From NCBI GenBank assembly GCA_016699385.1, contig CP064974.1, forward strand, positions 954,617 to 1,018,616: DNA of 64,000 nucleotides, in the 5' to 3' direction. Shown one piece after another: positions 34,043 to 43,593 of the stretch; positions within the stretch are counted from its first letter, which is position 1; every line of letters begins with the position of its first letter. Origin of the DNA: Candidatus Moraniibacteriota bacterium (GTDB lineage: Bacteria; Patescibacteriota; Minisyncoccia; Moranbacterales; UBA1568). The notes under the pieces are model-generated. The model was not told where the DNA came from. It ran no database searches and was given only the letters and a program-made list of their open reading frames with translations. The translations under genes were made by a program, and so were the position numbers.

Positions 34043-36712
34043 CTACGGTGTTGCTGGCAGGGCGCTGGTTTTTACATCTTTTGAGGTTTTTACTTCGTTG
34101 CCAAGTTTGTCTTTGAGGCGGGCTTCGATGGAGAGAGTGCTGCCGAGTTTCCCATCAGGGATGGCGTAGGTGGTGGAGAGTGAATTGCCACCGGCGGAGT
34201 CAACCTTGTCGCCATCGACATATATCTCGAGCAAATCAATGCCGTATGGTGCATCGCCTTTGGCTGAGATGGAGAGTGATGCGGAGGATGTTTCGCTTGG
34301 AACTGAGAGCGAGACTTCCGGACCGAATTTCGAAACGAAATCTTCCTCGGAACATTTCTCTGTCGGAGGGCTTTCGAAGATGACTTTCTTGTCCTTGCCA
34401 TACCAATCTTCGGCAGCCTTGTCCCATGCTTTGTATTGCGGGTCGCGTTCAGGCTTGTCGGGGATGGGACCGCGCGGGTCGCTTCGGTCTACATAGGCGA
34501 GGATGTCGTGCGGACTAATGAAGTCTCGTTTGAATTGCTCTTTCTCAGGGCAGGCATCGCTTGCGAGGCAGAGGTTGCTGCTCTTTGGAATCTCGCAGAC
34601 CTTTACACCTTCTTTCTTCTCAATCCATCCGCCGAGGAGGGGTTTGGTAATCTTTGGGAAATGCGGATCGAGTGGATCATTGGTTGTTTCATTGGTAGTG
34701 TCTGGAGTTGGAAGAGGGGTATTTTCGACGACTGTTGAATCTGGAACAGTAGGTGCATCTTTTGAGGTGTCCTTGAGATCACCATTTTTATCTCGTGGGG
34801 CAATTTCGTCATCGGGATTATATTTGGGAAACTCTTCGACAGCAGTATTTTCGAGTGCTTTATCCATGAAGGATCGCCAGATGGGAGAGGCGACATAGGA
34901 GCCGTCGGAGCCAGGCTTCATCGGGGAATTGTCATTGTTGCCCGCCCAGACGCCGGCGGCGAGTGAGGGAGTATAGCCAATTGTCCAGGCGTCGCGCCAT
35001 TCATTGGTGGTGCCGGTCTTCGCTACCATAGGACGATTGTCGGAGCGGAGCGGATTGTTCTCACCGAAAACCCACGCGCGGTTTTCATTCTTCGAGAGTA
35101 CGGAGTCGAGCATGGCAACGAATTTCTCTGCGACAATACGTTCGCCGGGTGAGTCTTTGTATTCTTCTTGCACTTCGCCTTTGGAATTTTCAATCTTCAG
35201 TATCGCGGTTTTCTCGTGCTTGACGCCACCGGTTGCGAGAGTGGCATAGGCATTCACATGATCGAGGAGTTTGACTTCGCCACCACCCAAGACAAGGGAG
35301 AGTCCGTAGCGTTCGGGCTGATTGAGGGTGGTGATACCGAGGTTTTTTGCGAGCGTAATAGCATCTTTGACGCCGACCAAGTAGAGCACTTTGACAGCGG
35401 GGACATTGAGTGATCCGCCGAGCGCTTTCATGAGGGGTAGTGGTCCGTGAAATGTTCCGTCGTAATTTTGCGGTTCATAGGATTTGCCGTCTTCGGTAGA
35501 GAAATTTGTTGGTACATCGTAGATTACGGTTTCAGGGACATAGCCTTTGGTGAAAGCGTCGAGATAGACATAGGGTTTGAAGGACGATCCCGGTTGGCGA
35601 TCTCGGATGGCGACATTTACCTGCCCATCAATCTTGGTGTCGAAATAGTTCTTCGAGCCGACCATTGCAAGAATTTGCCCGGTCTTGGGATCGATGGCGA
35701 CGAGGGAGGCATTTTCGGCATTATAGCGGAGGTTCTTTTCGGCGCCTTCGGATACCGCTTGCTCCGCTGCCTGTTGTTTTTCCCAGTCGAGTGTCGTTGT
35801 CACTTTGAGTCCACCTTGTTCAATCTGGTCATCGCCGTAGTGTTTGGCGAGATATTCTTTTACATACATTACGAAGTGCGGCGCGGCAATTTGTTCGCGC
35901 TGAGCAGTGAGTTTCTGAAGCGTGTCTATTGATTTTGCTTCAGTAGCTTCATCGGCAGTGATATAGCCAAGACTTGCCATGGTTGTGAGTGCTTTCGCTT
36001 GTCGCGCCTTCAGTTCCTCGAGATGTGAGCCGTAAGGGGAATAGTAGGTTGGCGCATTGGGGAGGGAGGCGATGAGGGCGGATTCGTCGAGTGTGAGGTC
36101 TTTCGCATTTTTCCCAAAAAATGTTTGTGCTGCTGCTTCGAGTCCATAGGCATTTGAGCCATAGGGAATTTCATTGAGATACATGGCGAGAATCTCGTCT
36201 TTCGAGAATTTCTGTTCCATTTCGACGGAAAGTATTGCCTCTCGTATTTTGCGTGTGAATGTTTTCTCGGGAGTGAGGAGAGAATTCTTGACGAATTGCT
36301 GTGTGATAGTGGATCCACCCTGCTGAGCGCCACCCCCGACAAAGTCCTTGAAGACTGCCCGCATGATGGAGGAGAACTTGATGCCGTGATGAGAATAGAA
36401 ATCTTGATCTTCGAGGGTGATGGTTGCTGCTCGAACAGCCGCCGGCATTTCGGAGAAAGGTATGATAGTGCGCTTCTCTTCACCGTGCACTTCGTAGAGG
36501 AGGTGTGTGCCGGTGCGGTCGAAGATCTTGGTCGACTCGGCAATGAAACGCGTATTCACCTTACCGGGGCTAGGCAAATCTTTGGCGAAATATGCAAATA
36601 CACCAACAACAGACAGTATGCCCACAATGAAAAGCCCGAGGAAAATTCGGAGAGCCCATTTCCAGAATCCGGATTTTTTCTTCGGCGATGAAGAGAATGA
36701 GGATTTCTTCAT
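34043..36712 (-). CDS. Class A penicillin-binding protein (PBP1A-type transglycosylase plus transpeptidase) with a Pro/Thr-rich C-terminal extension
   Basis: N-terminal TM anchor. GT51 motifs (ITLEDQDFYSHHGI, GGSTITQQFVKN, RKIREA). Transpeptidase region (AIDPKTGQILAMVGSKNY; SSFKP; KTGTT). A ~250-aa C-terminal low-complexity tail. Start trimmed to MKKSSFSSSPKKK at 36712. Confidence 0.85.
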   Translation of the reverse strand: MKKSSFSSSPKKKSGFWKWALRIFLGLFIVGILSVVGVFAYFAKDLPSPGKVNTRFIAESTKIFDRTGTHLLYEVHGEEKRTIIPFSEMPAAVRAATITLEDQDFYSHHGIKFSSIMRAVFKDFVGGGAQQGGSTITQQFVKNSLLTPEKTFTRKIREAILSVEMEQKFSKDEILAMYLNEIPYGSNAYGLEAAAQTFFGKNAKDLTLDESALIASLPNAPTYYSPYGSHLEELKARQAKALTTMASLGYITADEATEAKSIDTLQKLTAQREQIAAPHFVMYVKEYLAKHYGDDQIEQGGLKVTTTLDWEKQQAAEQAVSEGAEKNLRYNAENASLVAIDPKTGQILAMVGSKNYFDTKIDGQVNVAIRDRQPGSSFKPYVYLDAFTKGYVPETVIYDVPTNFSTEDGKSYEPQNYDGTFHGPLPLMKALGGSLNVPAVKVLYLVGVKDAITLAKNLGITTLNQPERYGLSLVLGGGEVKLLDHVNAYATLATGGVKHEKTAILKIENSKGEVQEEYKDSPGERIVAEKFVAMLDSVLSKNENRAWVFGENNPLRSDNRPMVAKTGTTNEWRDAWTIGYTPSLAAGVWAGNNDNSPMKPGSDGSYVASPIWRSFMDKALENTAVEEFPKYNPDDEIAPRDKNGDLKDTSKDAPTVPDSTVVENTPLPTPDTTNETTNDPLDPHFPKITKPLLGGWIEKKEGVKVCEIPKSSNLCLASDACPEKEQFKRDFISPHDILAYVDRSDPRGPIPDKPERDPQYKAWDKAAEDWYGKDKKVIFESPPTEKCSEEDFVSKFGPEVSLSVPSETSSASLSISAKGDAPYGIDLLEIYVDGDKVDSAGGNSLSTTYAIPDGKLGSTLSIEARLKDKLGNEVKTSKDVKTSALPATP

Positions 36713-37001
36713 GGCGTCTGTTGGAAGGTTTATGGTGCCAAGGGGTCCTCGGGAAAGTGTTGATGTGCCCTGTCGATGTGTCATGCGCGCACACCAGCGC
36801 CCGACAGATGAGTCTGCGAGTCGGGAAGGAAATGAGTCTGGATTTTCTCGCAGACGTCGCCACGCGTCTTTCACATCCCGGAGGATGGATTTCAAATGTT
36901 CCATTGTTCGCCGGAAAACGGCTTACTCATGGCTCAATGCATTGCAACACTTCGCCATTTATGTCTCTATTGTAGCGCGAAAAGAAGGTAGATTCAAGGA
37001 G

Positions 37002-37952
37002 TTAGAGTGAGGAGAGTTTCTCTTGAAAGACTGCTAAAAGCGCGTGATACATTTTTTCCATACTGGGTCTTTCTTCGGGCGTGAAATAGAGACCAGGCAT
37101 GGAGTTGAGTTCAACAATCCATGGGAATCTGTTTTTGTCGAACATGATGTCGATTGTATAAATCTTTGGTTGAAATGATGAAAAGATTGATTGTGCTCTA
37201 TCAATAATCGGACGGACTGATTGAGGAATATCCTTGTTGTGAATAATCCTTAAACTCCCTCCTTGAGCGAGATTAGCAAGAAAGCTCCCAGATTTTGGCT
37301 CACGTATATAGGCGTATATTATGGCATCGTTAACGAGAATTATACGGAAATCATGCATTTTTGATGATATGTTCGGCACGCCATGGGAGGAATCTATAAA
37401 ATCTTGAATGATATGTTCACCTGAAAATGATATGTCTTTTGCATTTTCTTTTTCAAAAATTTGAATCCCTTTTCCTCCGCTTTCGTTTATCGGTTTTAAT
37501 ACAACTTTTTCTGTTGTAATTTCGGAAATATTTTTTTGAAGCTCTGTCGGATTTCTAACGAGTATGCTTTTCTTGCTCCATTCCTGGAAGAGTAAACTGG
37601 AAAGAAATTTATCATCAATTATTCGAGTAAAGTGCAAATCGTTTATGAAGGAATAGTGCATTCCGATAGATTCTTTTTTGTAGGATGATTCTGCATGACT
37701 TCTTGTCTTGTCGTAGATAATATCCGGAATTATGTCGTGGACACGTTTCCATTGATTATCTTCGTATGTCCATGCGTGACGGAATATATTTTTCTTGTAA
37801 TCATACCACTGGTAGGATGCGCGGTACATCTGAATTCCTCCCTGCTTGCAGAGAGAATAGAATAGTTCGTAAGAATATTGGCGCCCCCTATCGTTAAACG
37901 GAACTTTATTTTCCCAATTGCTTTTCCCGAAGAGGAGGAGTACTTTTCTCAT
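37002..37952 (-). CDS. ATP-grasp family ligase (YheC/YheD- or RimK-like). Strongly AT-rich gene.
   Basis: VLKPINESGGKGIQIF, DFRIILVNDAIIYAYIR and IVELNSMPGL are the ATP-grasp large-domain motifs. It is the last gene of the 4-gene minus-strand operon. Composition is visibly AT-richer than its neighbours. Confidence 0.6.
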   Translation of the reverse strand: MRKVLLLFGKSNWENKVPFNDRGRQYSYELFYSLCKQGGIQMYRASYQWYDYKKNIFRHAWTYEDNQWKRVHDIIPDIIYDKTRSHAESSYKKESIGMHYSFINDLHFTRIIDDKFLSSLLFQEWSKKSILVRNPTELQKNISEITTEKVVLKPINESGGKGIQIFEKENAKDISFSGEHIIQDFIDSSHGVPNISSKMHDFRIILVNDAIIYAYIREPKSGSFLANLAQGGSLRIIHNKDIPQSVRPIIDRAQSIFSSFQPKIYTIDIMFDKNRFPWIVELNSMPGLYFTPEERPSMEKMYHALLAVFQEKLSSL

Positions 37953-37971
37953 AGAAAATTTCTCTGAAGTT

Positions 37972-38895
37972 TTATGAAGAATGTGCTGTAAATTCCAAAT
38001 TAGACATTATGTAAAGAACATTTCGGTGCTCTTCACTGGAAAGGCTTTCTGTTTTTGTTGCCCTTCTCAAGTCACGTATGTATCCTAATTTTTTAGAGAA
38101 ATTTTCAACACATTCTTCCTGTATTGCTTTGAGGAGAGCTGACTGTGTTTGACAGAGCTTTGCTGCAACAAGAAATTCTACTTTGTTGTCTAAAGATATT
38201 ATAGGGAAATGCTTCTCAAGAATTTCCTCACACAAGTAAATTATGGATTGGTATATATCGGTGTTTTCTTGTAGGGGTTTTTTGTTGTAGAATTCTGACT
38301 CTCCAATAATGCAGTGTGTGAAATAGTAAAGACTTAGTTCGGCGTATTCGTTTGTATCAGGATAGTGTTTCTCGGCGATATGAAGGAGATTTTCAGGGTG
38401 AAACAGTGTAGAATCTTGCAAGATTCCCCTGGTAAGGTAGAGGAAATTTATACCGAGTGTAGAGAGTGCTATGAGTGAATGAGGATCATTGAGAAGTGTC
38501 TTTGCATAGAATTGAAGGATATCTTTAGGTATCGCAAGAAGAACTCTCTCTCGGATGTCAACTCTAAAAATGGTCTTTAGAAATAACCACTTGAAAAGTA
38601 GCGCATTGTATTGGGTAATCCAAGGATATTTTTCGAGCGCGAATTGTCTTTGATGTAGAAATCTTCTTGAGTGTTCTGCAACAGGGTTCTTTACGTTCTC
38701 TAGGATTTCTTCAATGTTTTCAAGAAAAAAATCTTTTAAAGAAATTAATCTTTTCTCATAGCAGGACTCTTGTGTCCATAGAAATAATCTCGAGTTGAAG
38801 TGGAACTGCTTGGCTTTTGAAAGCGATTCCATGTTATCGCAATAAGTTTTCAGAACTTTTTGTTGAATAGACTTCGTGACTTCCCTTGGAGACAT
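37972..38895 (-). CDS. Hypothetical protein (307 aa), AT-rich. It sits inside the ATP-grasp operon. No signal peptide and no recognised motif.
   Basis: Open frame in operon context: 19 nt upstream of the next gene, 11 nt downstream of the previous one. Confidence 0.5.
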   Translation of the reverse strand: MSPREVTKSIQQKVLKTYCDNMESLSKAKQFHFNSRLFLWTQESCYEKRLISLKDFFLENIEEILENVKNPVAEHSRRFLHQRQFALEKYPWITQYNALLFKWLFLKTIFRVDIRERVLLAIPKDILQFYAKTLLNDPHSLIALSTLGINFLYLTRGILQDSTLFHPENLLHIAEKHYPDTNEYAELSLYYFTHCIIGESEFYNKKPLQENTDIYQSIIYLCEEILEKHFPIISLDNKVEFLVAAKLCQTQSALLKAIQEECVENFSKKLGYIRDLRRATKTESLSSEEHRNVLYIMSNLEFTAHSS

Positions 38896-38906
38896 AGAAT
38901 GATTTT

Positions 38907-40316
38907 TTATTTCGTTACGTCCACTAAAAACTTCCGTAGATTCTTTTTTCCAATAATAACGGGATAGTCTAATTCCGAACGGTCGATGAGGGTAACTTTT
39001 GTGAGGATAACAAACGAATTTATGACAACTTGTATTTCTATCTTAATTCGATACGTGGTGCCATGCGAAGACTTTACTGGGACAGATGAAACAACATTCG
39101 GAATTCCCTCGAACATTTTCCATCGTGTTTCACGGTCGAGTGCAGAGAGGTTCCCCCATGTTTTTTGCGCACTCTGATAGCCATCCACAGTTTCCCCAAA
39201 TCCCAACTCTCGTGCAAGCTCGGTATCAATCGAGGTGGAGTCGGCGCCGGTGTCTATTTTTGCTTCAACTTCTATTTCTTTGCCGTTTTTGCCGATGAGT
39301 TTCACTTTTTCTACGGTGCCAATGATTTTCTTGCCGGAGATTTCCTCAAGTTCTTCTTCAATCTCGCCACCGAAGAGATCCATGCCCATACGTAAACCCT
39401 TCTCGACGGTTTTGATGGTGAGTCCTGAGACGCGCTCGAGTCGACCTTTTAGTCCATCAAGGTTGGCGACTTGTATCGAGAGTCCCGGGCGAGCATTTAG
39501 TTCGAGGAAGACTGGGCCGCGATCGCGATCGATAGCGACGTCAGCGCCGAGGAATCCGAGTCCGGAGACTTGCTGTGCTTCGATCGCCATTTTGAGGATA
39601 TCTTTCCAATAGGGGATGCGGATACCAGAGAGGACAAGTCGGGTGCCGGGGATGTTCTCGATGATGCGATTCTTGCCCCAGACGGCGGTTGTTGTTGTCC
39701 CGGAGGCGAGGTCTATGCCGACGCCGATTGCGCCCTGTTGGAGGTTGGCGCGTCCGCCGGACTCTTTGGTTGGGAGGCGGAGCATCGCCATGACGGGCAC
39801 CTTGTTGTAGATGACGATGCGAATATCAGGGACGCCCTTGAAGGTGTATGGCTTGAAAAGTTTGAGGAGTTTCAGTCGCTCTTCAAAGAATGCGGAGTCG
39901 GGGATATTTGCGAGTGAAAAGGAACCATCGAGAATATTTCGGATATGTGTTTTCAAATCTTCAATTGTAACAAGGGATCCGTCTGCCTTGATCCAGGTGT
40001 GCTCGGTATCCTTTTTCTTCCCATAGACGACGATGATTCCTTCGCCGCCAAAGCCGTGATTTGGCTTTAGGGCAAAGCTCCCAGGAAGGGATGACCAGTC
40101 GAAATTCTCGATCTCGTGTGCATCTTTGATACGAGCAAGGAGGGCGGGAACAGGGAGCTCATGCTTGGTGAGGAGTCGCTTGCACGCCATTTTGTCGTCG
40201 GCGAGACGCTTTGCTCGGCGCTTGTTGTAAGGGCGCAGATAGTCGAGATTGCGTGCATTCATGCCGAGAATATCCCGACTTCTTTTCCAGGCTTCGAGAA
40301 AGTGGAACATAGACAT
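38907..40316 (-). CDS. Fusion protein: RimK-related alpha-L-glutamate-ligase-like ATP-grasp (N-terminal) plus a retropepsin-like 'putative ATP-dependent zinc protease' domain (C-terminal)
   Basis: The N-terminus RDILGMNARNLDYLRPYNKRRAKRLADDKMACKRLLTKHELPVPALL matches the RimK-related E-ligase family signature. The C-terminal ~130 aa carry AKIDTGADSTSID ... LIDRSELDYPVIIGKKNLRKFLVD, the aspartic-protease D-T-G-A motif and fold signature of the PF05618-type domain. Confidence 0.7.
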   Translation of the reverse strand: MSMFHFLEAWKRSRDILGMNARNLDYLRPYNKRRAKRLADDKMACKRLLTKHELPVPALLARIKDAHEIENFDWSSLPGSFALKPNHGFGGEGIIVVYGKKKDTEHTWIKADGSLVTIEDLKTHIRNILDGSFSLANIPDSAFFEERLKLLKLFKPYTFKGVPDIRIVIYNKVPVMAMLRLPTKESGGRANLQQGAIGVGIDLASGTTTTAVWGKNRIIENIPGTRLVLSGIRIPYWKDILKMAIEAQQVSGLGFLGADVAIDRDRGPVFLELNARPGLSIQVANLDGLKGRLERVSGLTIKTVEKGLRMGMDLFGGEIEEELEEISGKKIIGTVEKVKLIGKNGKEIEVEAKIDTGADSTSIDTELARELGFGETVDGYQSAQKTWGNLSALDRETRWKMFEGIPNVVSSVPVKSSHGTTYRIKIEIQVVINSFVILTKVTLIDRSELDYPVIIGKKNLRKFLVDVTK

Positions 40317-40319
40317 TTC

Positions 40320-40973
40320 CTATGATTTCAACAATTTCGAAAACCGCAGGTATTCCGAAAGACGTAATCCTCTCCATCGACCGAGGAAAATATTGACCGG
40401 AATCGTGAGGAGGACAATCCAGGGTGAGAGGAGGAGGATACTTGCAAGTACCTGAGAGCGCGCGAGGAAATACCCGATGAGAGAGATAAAGAGCGTCTCG
40501 GTGGCGAGAATGAGTGCGGTTTTGTCACCTTTTTCGATTTGCGTGGCGACAAATTTCTCGACCAGGGTAATCATGATGAGGAGCGGAAAGATAGAGACGG
40601 AAGCGAGTCCGGTGCGATGGAGGTAACCGCCGGCAACGAGTATGCCAAGGATAACGATGGCGACGATAGTGAGGGTAATCGCGACGCGCGGGAGATAGAG
40701 GAGGCGGAGTCTTCGGAGGAGGAGTCGCGAGAGCATGCCAATTAAGATGATGCTCACAAAGATGGCGATGCCGTATTTGAGTCCGCCCGGATCAAATGCA
40801 AGAAAGGCAAAGGTGACAATTGATGGCGTGTAGATGCCAAATGCCTTGATACCGACGACTTGTCGGAAAAAGGCGACGAGTGTGACGATGAGTGGGAACA
40901 TGAGTATGTACCGAATTGTATCGATGGGAACTCCCTGGTCGATGAAGTTGAGAAAGAGAGGGTGGAGAGACAT
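40320..40973 (-). CDS. Seven-TM membrane protein, the first gene of the ATP-grasp operon. It is the candidate 7TM partner known from RimK-like peptide-ligase systems.
   Basis: 217 aa with seven evenly spaced hydrophobic helices. The stop is 3 nt before the next gene's start. Confidence 0.5.
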   Translation of the reverse strand: MSLHPLFLNFIDQGVPIDTIRYILMFPLIVTLVAFFRQVVGIKAFGIYTPSIVTFAFLAFDPGGLKYGIAIFVSIILIGMLSRLLLRRLRLLYLPRVAITLTIVAIVILGILVAGGYLHRTGLASVSIFPLLIMITLVEKFVATQIEKGDKTALILATETLFISLIGYFLARSQVLASILLLSPWIVLLTIPVNIFLGRWRGLRLSEYLRFSKLLKS

Positions 40974-41044
40974 AGGTTCAAATGAAAAATTTCAAACGCT
41001 TCATCATTCCCGCGAAGGCGTGAAGATGGCATGACTGGGAGTTT

Positions 41045-41548
41045 TTAACTCTGCTTGTTTTCTTTGAGCATATTTTGGTACGTTCTGCTGTTGGCATGAC
41101 AGAGGGCAAGGGCAAGGGCGTCGGCGACGTCATCGGGCTTGGGAATCTTTGCGAGCTTCAAGATACTCTTGATCATGATTTGCATTTGTTTTTTCTCCGC
41201 GCGTCCGTAGCCTGTGAGGGATTGTTTGACCTGGAGCGGTGTGTACTCAGATAGCCTAATGCCCAGGGTCTCAAGCGTCAAGAGTATGGCTCCGCGGGCT
41301 TGACTCACATCGATGACTGTTTTCTGATTCTTGAAGAAAAATATCTTTTCGACGGAGGCTTCTTCAGGGGAATATTTCTTCGAAATTTCTCGGAGGTCGC
41401 TGGCGATTTCGGCGATACGTTCGGAGAGTGGAAGTGTTGCACTGGTCGAGATATGTCCGTAGGCTATGGCGGTTATGACACCTCCACTCACATCGAGAAC
41501 GCCCCATCCAACCGTTGCTGTTCCAGGATCGATGCCGAGAATGCGCAT
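41045..41548 (-). CDS. ruvC: Holliday junction resolvase RuvC
   Basis: MRILGIDPGTATVGWGVL...AIAYGHI...EKIFFFKNQKTVIDVSQARG...DVADALALALCHA (RuvC catalytic D/E/D/D context). Confidence 0.9.
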   Translation of the reverse strand: MRILGIDPGTATVGWGVLDVSGGVITAIAYGHISTSATLPLSERIAEIASDLREISKKYSPEEASVEKIFFFKNQKTVIDVSQARGAILLTLETLGIRLSEYTPLQVKQSLTGYGRAEKKQMQIMIKSILKLAKIPKPDDVADALALALCHANSRTYQNMLKENKQS

Positions 41549-41572
41549 AATGGGGGGATTTCTAGGGAAATT

Positions 41573-42319
41573 TTATTGCGCGTTATCATAGACAATATCC
41601 ACATCGTCGTGGTCATTGAGTTTCTCAAGGAGGGATTCATAACTCGCGCGGTCGTCATCGGAGAGGGTGATTCTTTCTGTTGGGCGATGGACAATTGCCG
41701 ATGAAGCGATAGTATACTTTTCCTGCGCGAGGGATTCTTGTGTCGACTGAAGGTCTGAAATAGCGGTGTATATGAAGAGAACGCCTTCTTGCTGATCATA
41801 TTCGGTATCGAGTGCGCCAGCTTCTATGGCATCGAGCTCGGCGGCTTCAAGTTTCTCTTCGGGGATTTCAATGGCGATTTCGCCAACTTCCTGAAAGAGG
41901 AATGATACGGATCCGGTTGGGACGAATTTCCCATTATTTTTGGTAAGGATGCTCTTTATTTCGCTCACGGTGCGATTACGATTCTCGCTCGATGCTTTGA
42001 TGATGAGGGCGATATTGCCGGGGCCGCCTACCTGCCGGCATGGCAGGAGTGCTTCGTAGAGGAGCTCGTCTATCTGTACGCCATCCTTATCACCTCCGGC
42101 ACCGCGTTGTATGGCACGATCGATGTTCTCTTTGGGCATGTTGTACTCGCGCGCTTTGTCGATGGCGAGGCGAAGTTTGAAATTGGTAGTCGGATTGCCA
42201 CCACCTTCGCGTGCTGCAATCGTGATGGGACGGGCGAGTTTGGTGAATACCTTGGCGCGCTTGGCGTCGTTTACGCCTTTGCGATGTTTGATGCCCGCCC
42301 AGTGTGAATGTCCTGACAT
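41573..42319 (-). CDS. yebC: YebC/PmpR-family DNA-binding regulatory protein
   Basis: MSGHSHWAGIKHRKGVNDAKRAKVFTKLARPITIAAREGGGNPTTNFKLRLAIDKAREYNMPKENIDRAI is the canonical YebC N-terminus. Confidence 0.9.
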   Translation of the reverse strand: MSGHSHWAGIKHRKGVNDAKRAKVFTKLARPITIAAREGGGNPTTNFKLRLAIDKAREYNMPKENIDRAIQRGAGGDKDGVQIDELLYEALLPCRQVGGPGNIALIIKASSENRNRTVSEIKSILTKNNGKFVPTGSVSFLFQEVGEIAIEIPEEKLEAAELDAIEAGALDTEYDQQEGVLFIYTAISDLQSTQESLAQEKYTIASSAIVHRPTERITLSDDDRASYESLLEKLNDHDDVDIVYDNAQ

Positions 42320-42437
42320 AGGTTGCTCGTTAGGGAATTTCTACTGGCGAGCAGTGTACCCGCTTCCCTCTATTTTTTCAAGAACGAGGGAATGAGCATG
42401 AGGAATATAGCATGAGAAGCGGGTGAGGAGGAATGAA

Positions 42438-43070
42438 CTATGATGTCGGGGCTATTTCTTTTTTTCCGACGGATTTTTTCTGCGAACCTTGGTGCTGGAA
42501 GTTTTCTTCCATGAACTCGATTTCTTCCTGGTGAGTGTCGCGCGCCATGTCCATGATGGTGTCTTTGACGCCGTAAGGATCGGGAATTTTGTGAAACTGG
42601 AAGCGTTCTTGTTCCCCGGCGGATTGGATGAAGACGTCGCCGTAGTTGAGCATGGAAGGGAAGAACCCTTTCACTTCACTTGTGGTGTCTTGAACGCGGA
42701 AGAGGTAGAGCTCGCTCATGGATCGGACGAAAAGTCCTTTTTGTTCGATGTTCACGATGCGTTTGGTGGTGATAATCCAGACGTCGAGGTAGTAGTCGAT
42801 CCAGATAAGAAACGCGAAGAGCCAGAGGAAAATGAGAAGCATGCTCTCGACGAAGGCGAAGAGTCTCCTGTCGATGGTGACAAATGCATCGGGATAAATG
42901 AAGGAAAAGAATACAAAGGTACTGAGAACGACGAAAAGCCCGATTATAAAGGGAATAAATTGCACGAAGATGTTGAACCAGTGACGATGAATCACGTAGA
43001 GGATTTCTTCATCAGCATCCTGCCCCTCGAAGGAACATGAGCGTGTGAGTTCTTTGTTGGGTGTCATCAT
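42438..43070 (-). CDS. Membrane protein with a bacterial PH (bPH_2/YdbT-like) domain
   Basis: EEILYVIHRHWFNIFVQFIPFIIGLFVVL, then a second TM, then DVWIITTKRIVNIEQKGLFVRSMSELYLFRVQD, the typical bPH_2 architecture. Confidence 0.6.
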   Translation of the reverse strand: MMTPNKELTRSCSFEGQDADEEILYVIHRHWFNIFVQFIPFIIGLFVVLSTFVFFSFIYPDAFVTIDRRLFAFVESMLLIFLWLFAFLIWIDYYLDVWIITTKRIVNIEQKGLFVRSMSELYLFRVQDTTSEVKGFFPSMLNYGDVFIQSAGEQERFQFHKIPDPYGVKDTIMDMARDTHQEEIEFMEENFQHQGSQKKSVGKKEIAPTS

Positions 43071-43123
43071 AGAAGCGGGAAGAAGGAATTTGAAAGAGAA
43101 TGCGCTGGAAGTATAGAGAGCTA

Positions 43124-43161
43124 GAGTCCGTTAAGAAAGGCTATCTTTCTGAAAAACAGTG
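43124..43161. repeat. Partial (right-arm only) copy of the palindromic repeat family
   Basis: GAGTCCGTTAAGAAAGGCTATCTTTCTGAAAAACAGTG shares the GTTAAGAAAG left border and the TTTCTGAAAAACAGTG right border with copy 2, but lacks the internal hairpin. Intergenic. Confidence 0.5.
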
Positions 43162-43197
43162 AAAAAGCAATGGCTTTTTGATATTTTTAACAGGTTC

Positions 43198-43446
43198 TTA
43201 GAATGAGCTCCCCGTTGTGTTGGGAAGGGATGGTATGAGGGAGCTGATGGTATCGAAAGGAGTGGAAAGAAAAAGAGCGACATTGACGAAAAGGAGTATA
43301 GCCATGCCAACACAGAAGACAAGAATAGTGATTCTCGAGACGCGACGGTTGACGGAATAATTTGCCAAGTGAAACACGATGAAAAAACTCGCAAAGAGTA
43401 TGCCGAGCATGAAGAGCGCGTAGAATGGTCCGACAAAAAGTTTCAT
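43198..43446 (-). CDS. Small membrane protein (82 aa, 2-3 TM), probably expressed from a leaderless transcript
   Basis: Hydrophobic ORF. An extended -10 (TGATATAAT on the minus strand at 43453..43461) ends ~7 nt before the ATG, with no room for an SD. Confidence 0.45.
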   Translation of the reverse strand: MKLFVGPFYALFMLGILFASFFIVFHLANYSVNRRVSRITILVFCVGMAILLFVNVALFLSTPFDTISSLIPSLPNTTGSSF

Positions 43447-43593
43447 GAGTGTATTATATCACGAAGTGGAAAAGGGGCGTTAAATTTTTTTAACTCACTC
43501 TCGCTTTTTGAAATCACTCCCACAAATTTACTCTTGTAAATCGTAAACAAAGAGAAAAAGAAGCGATTCAGATATAAGGTGCTATTCAAGGGA

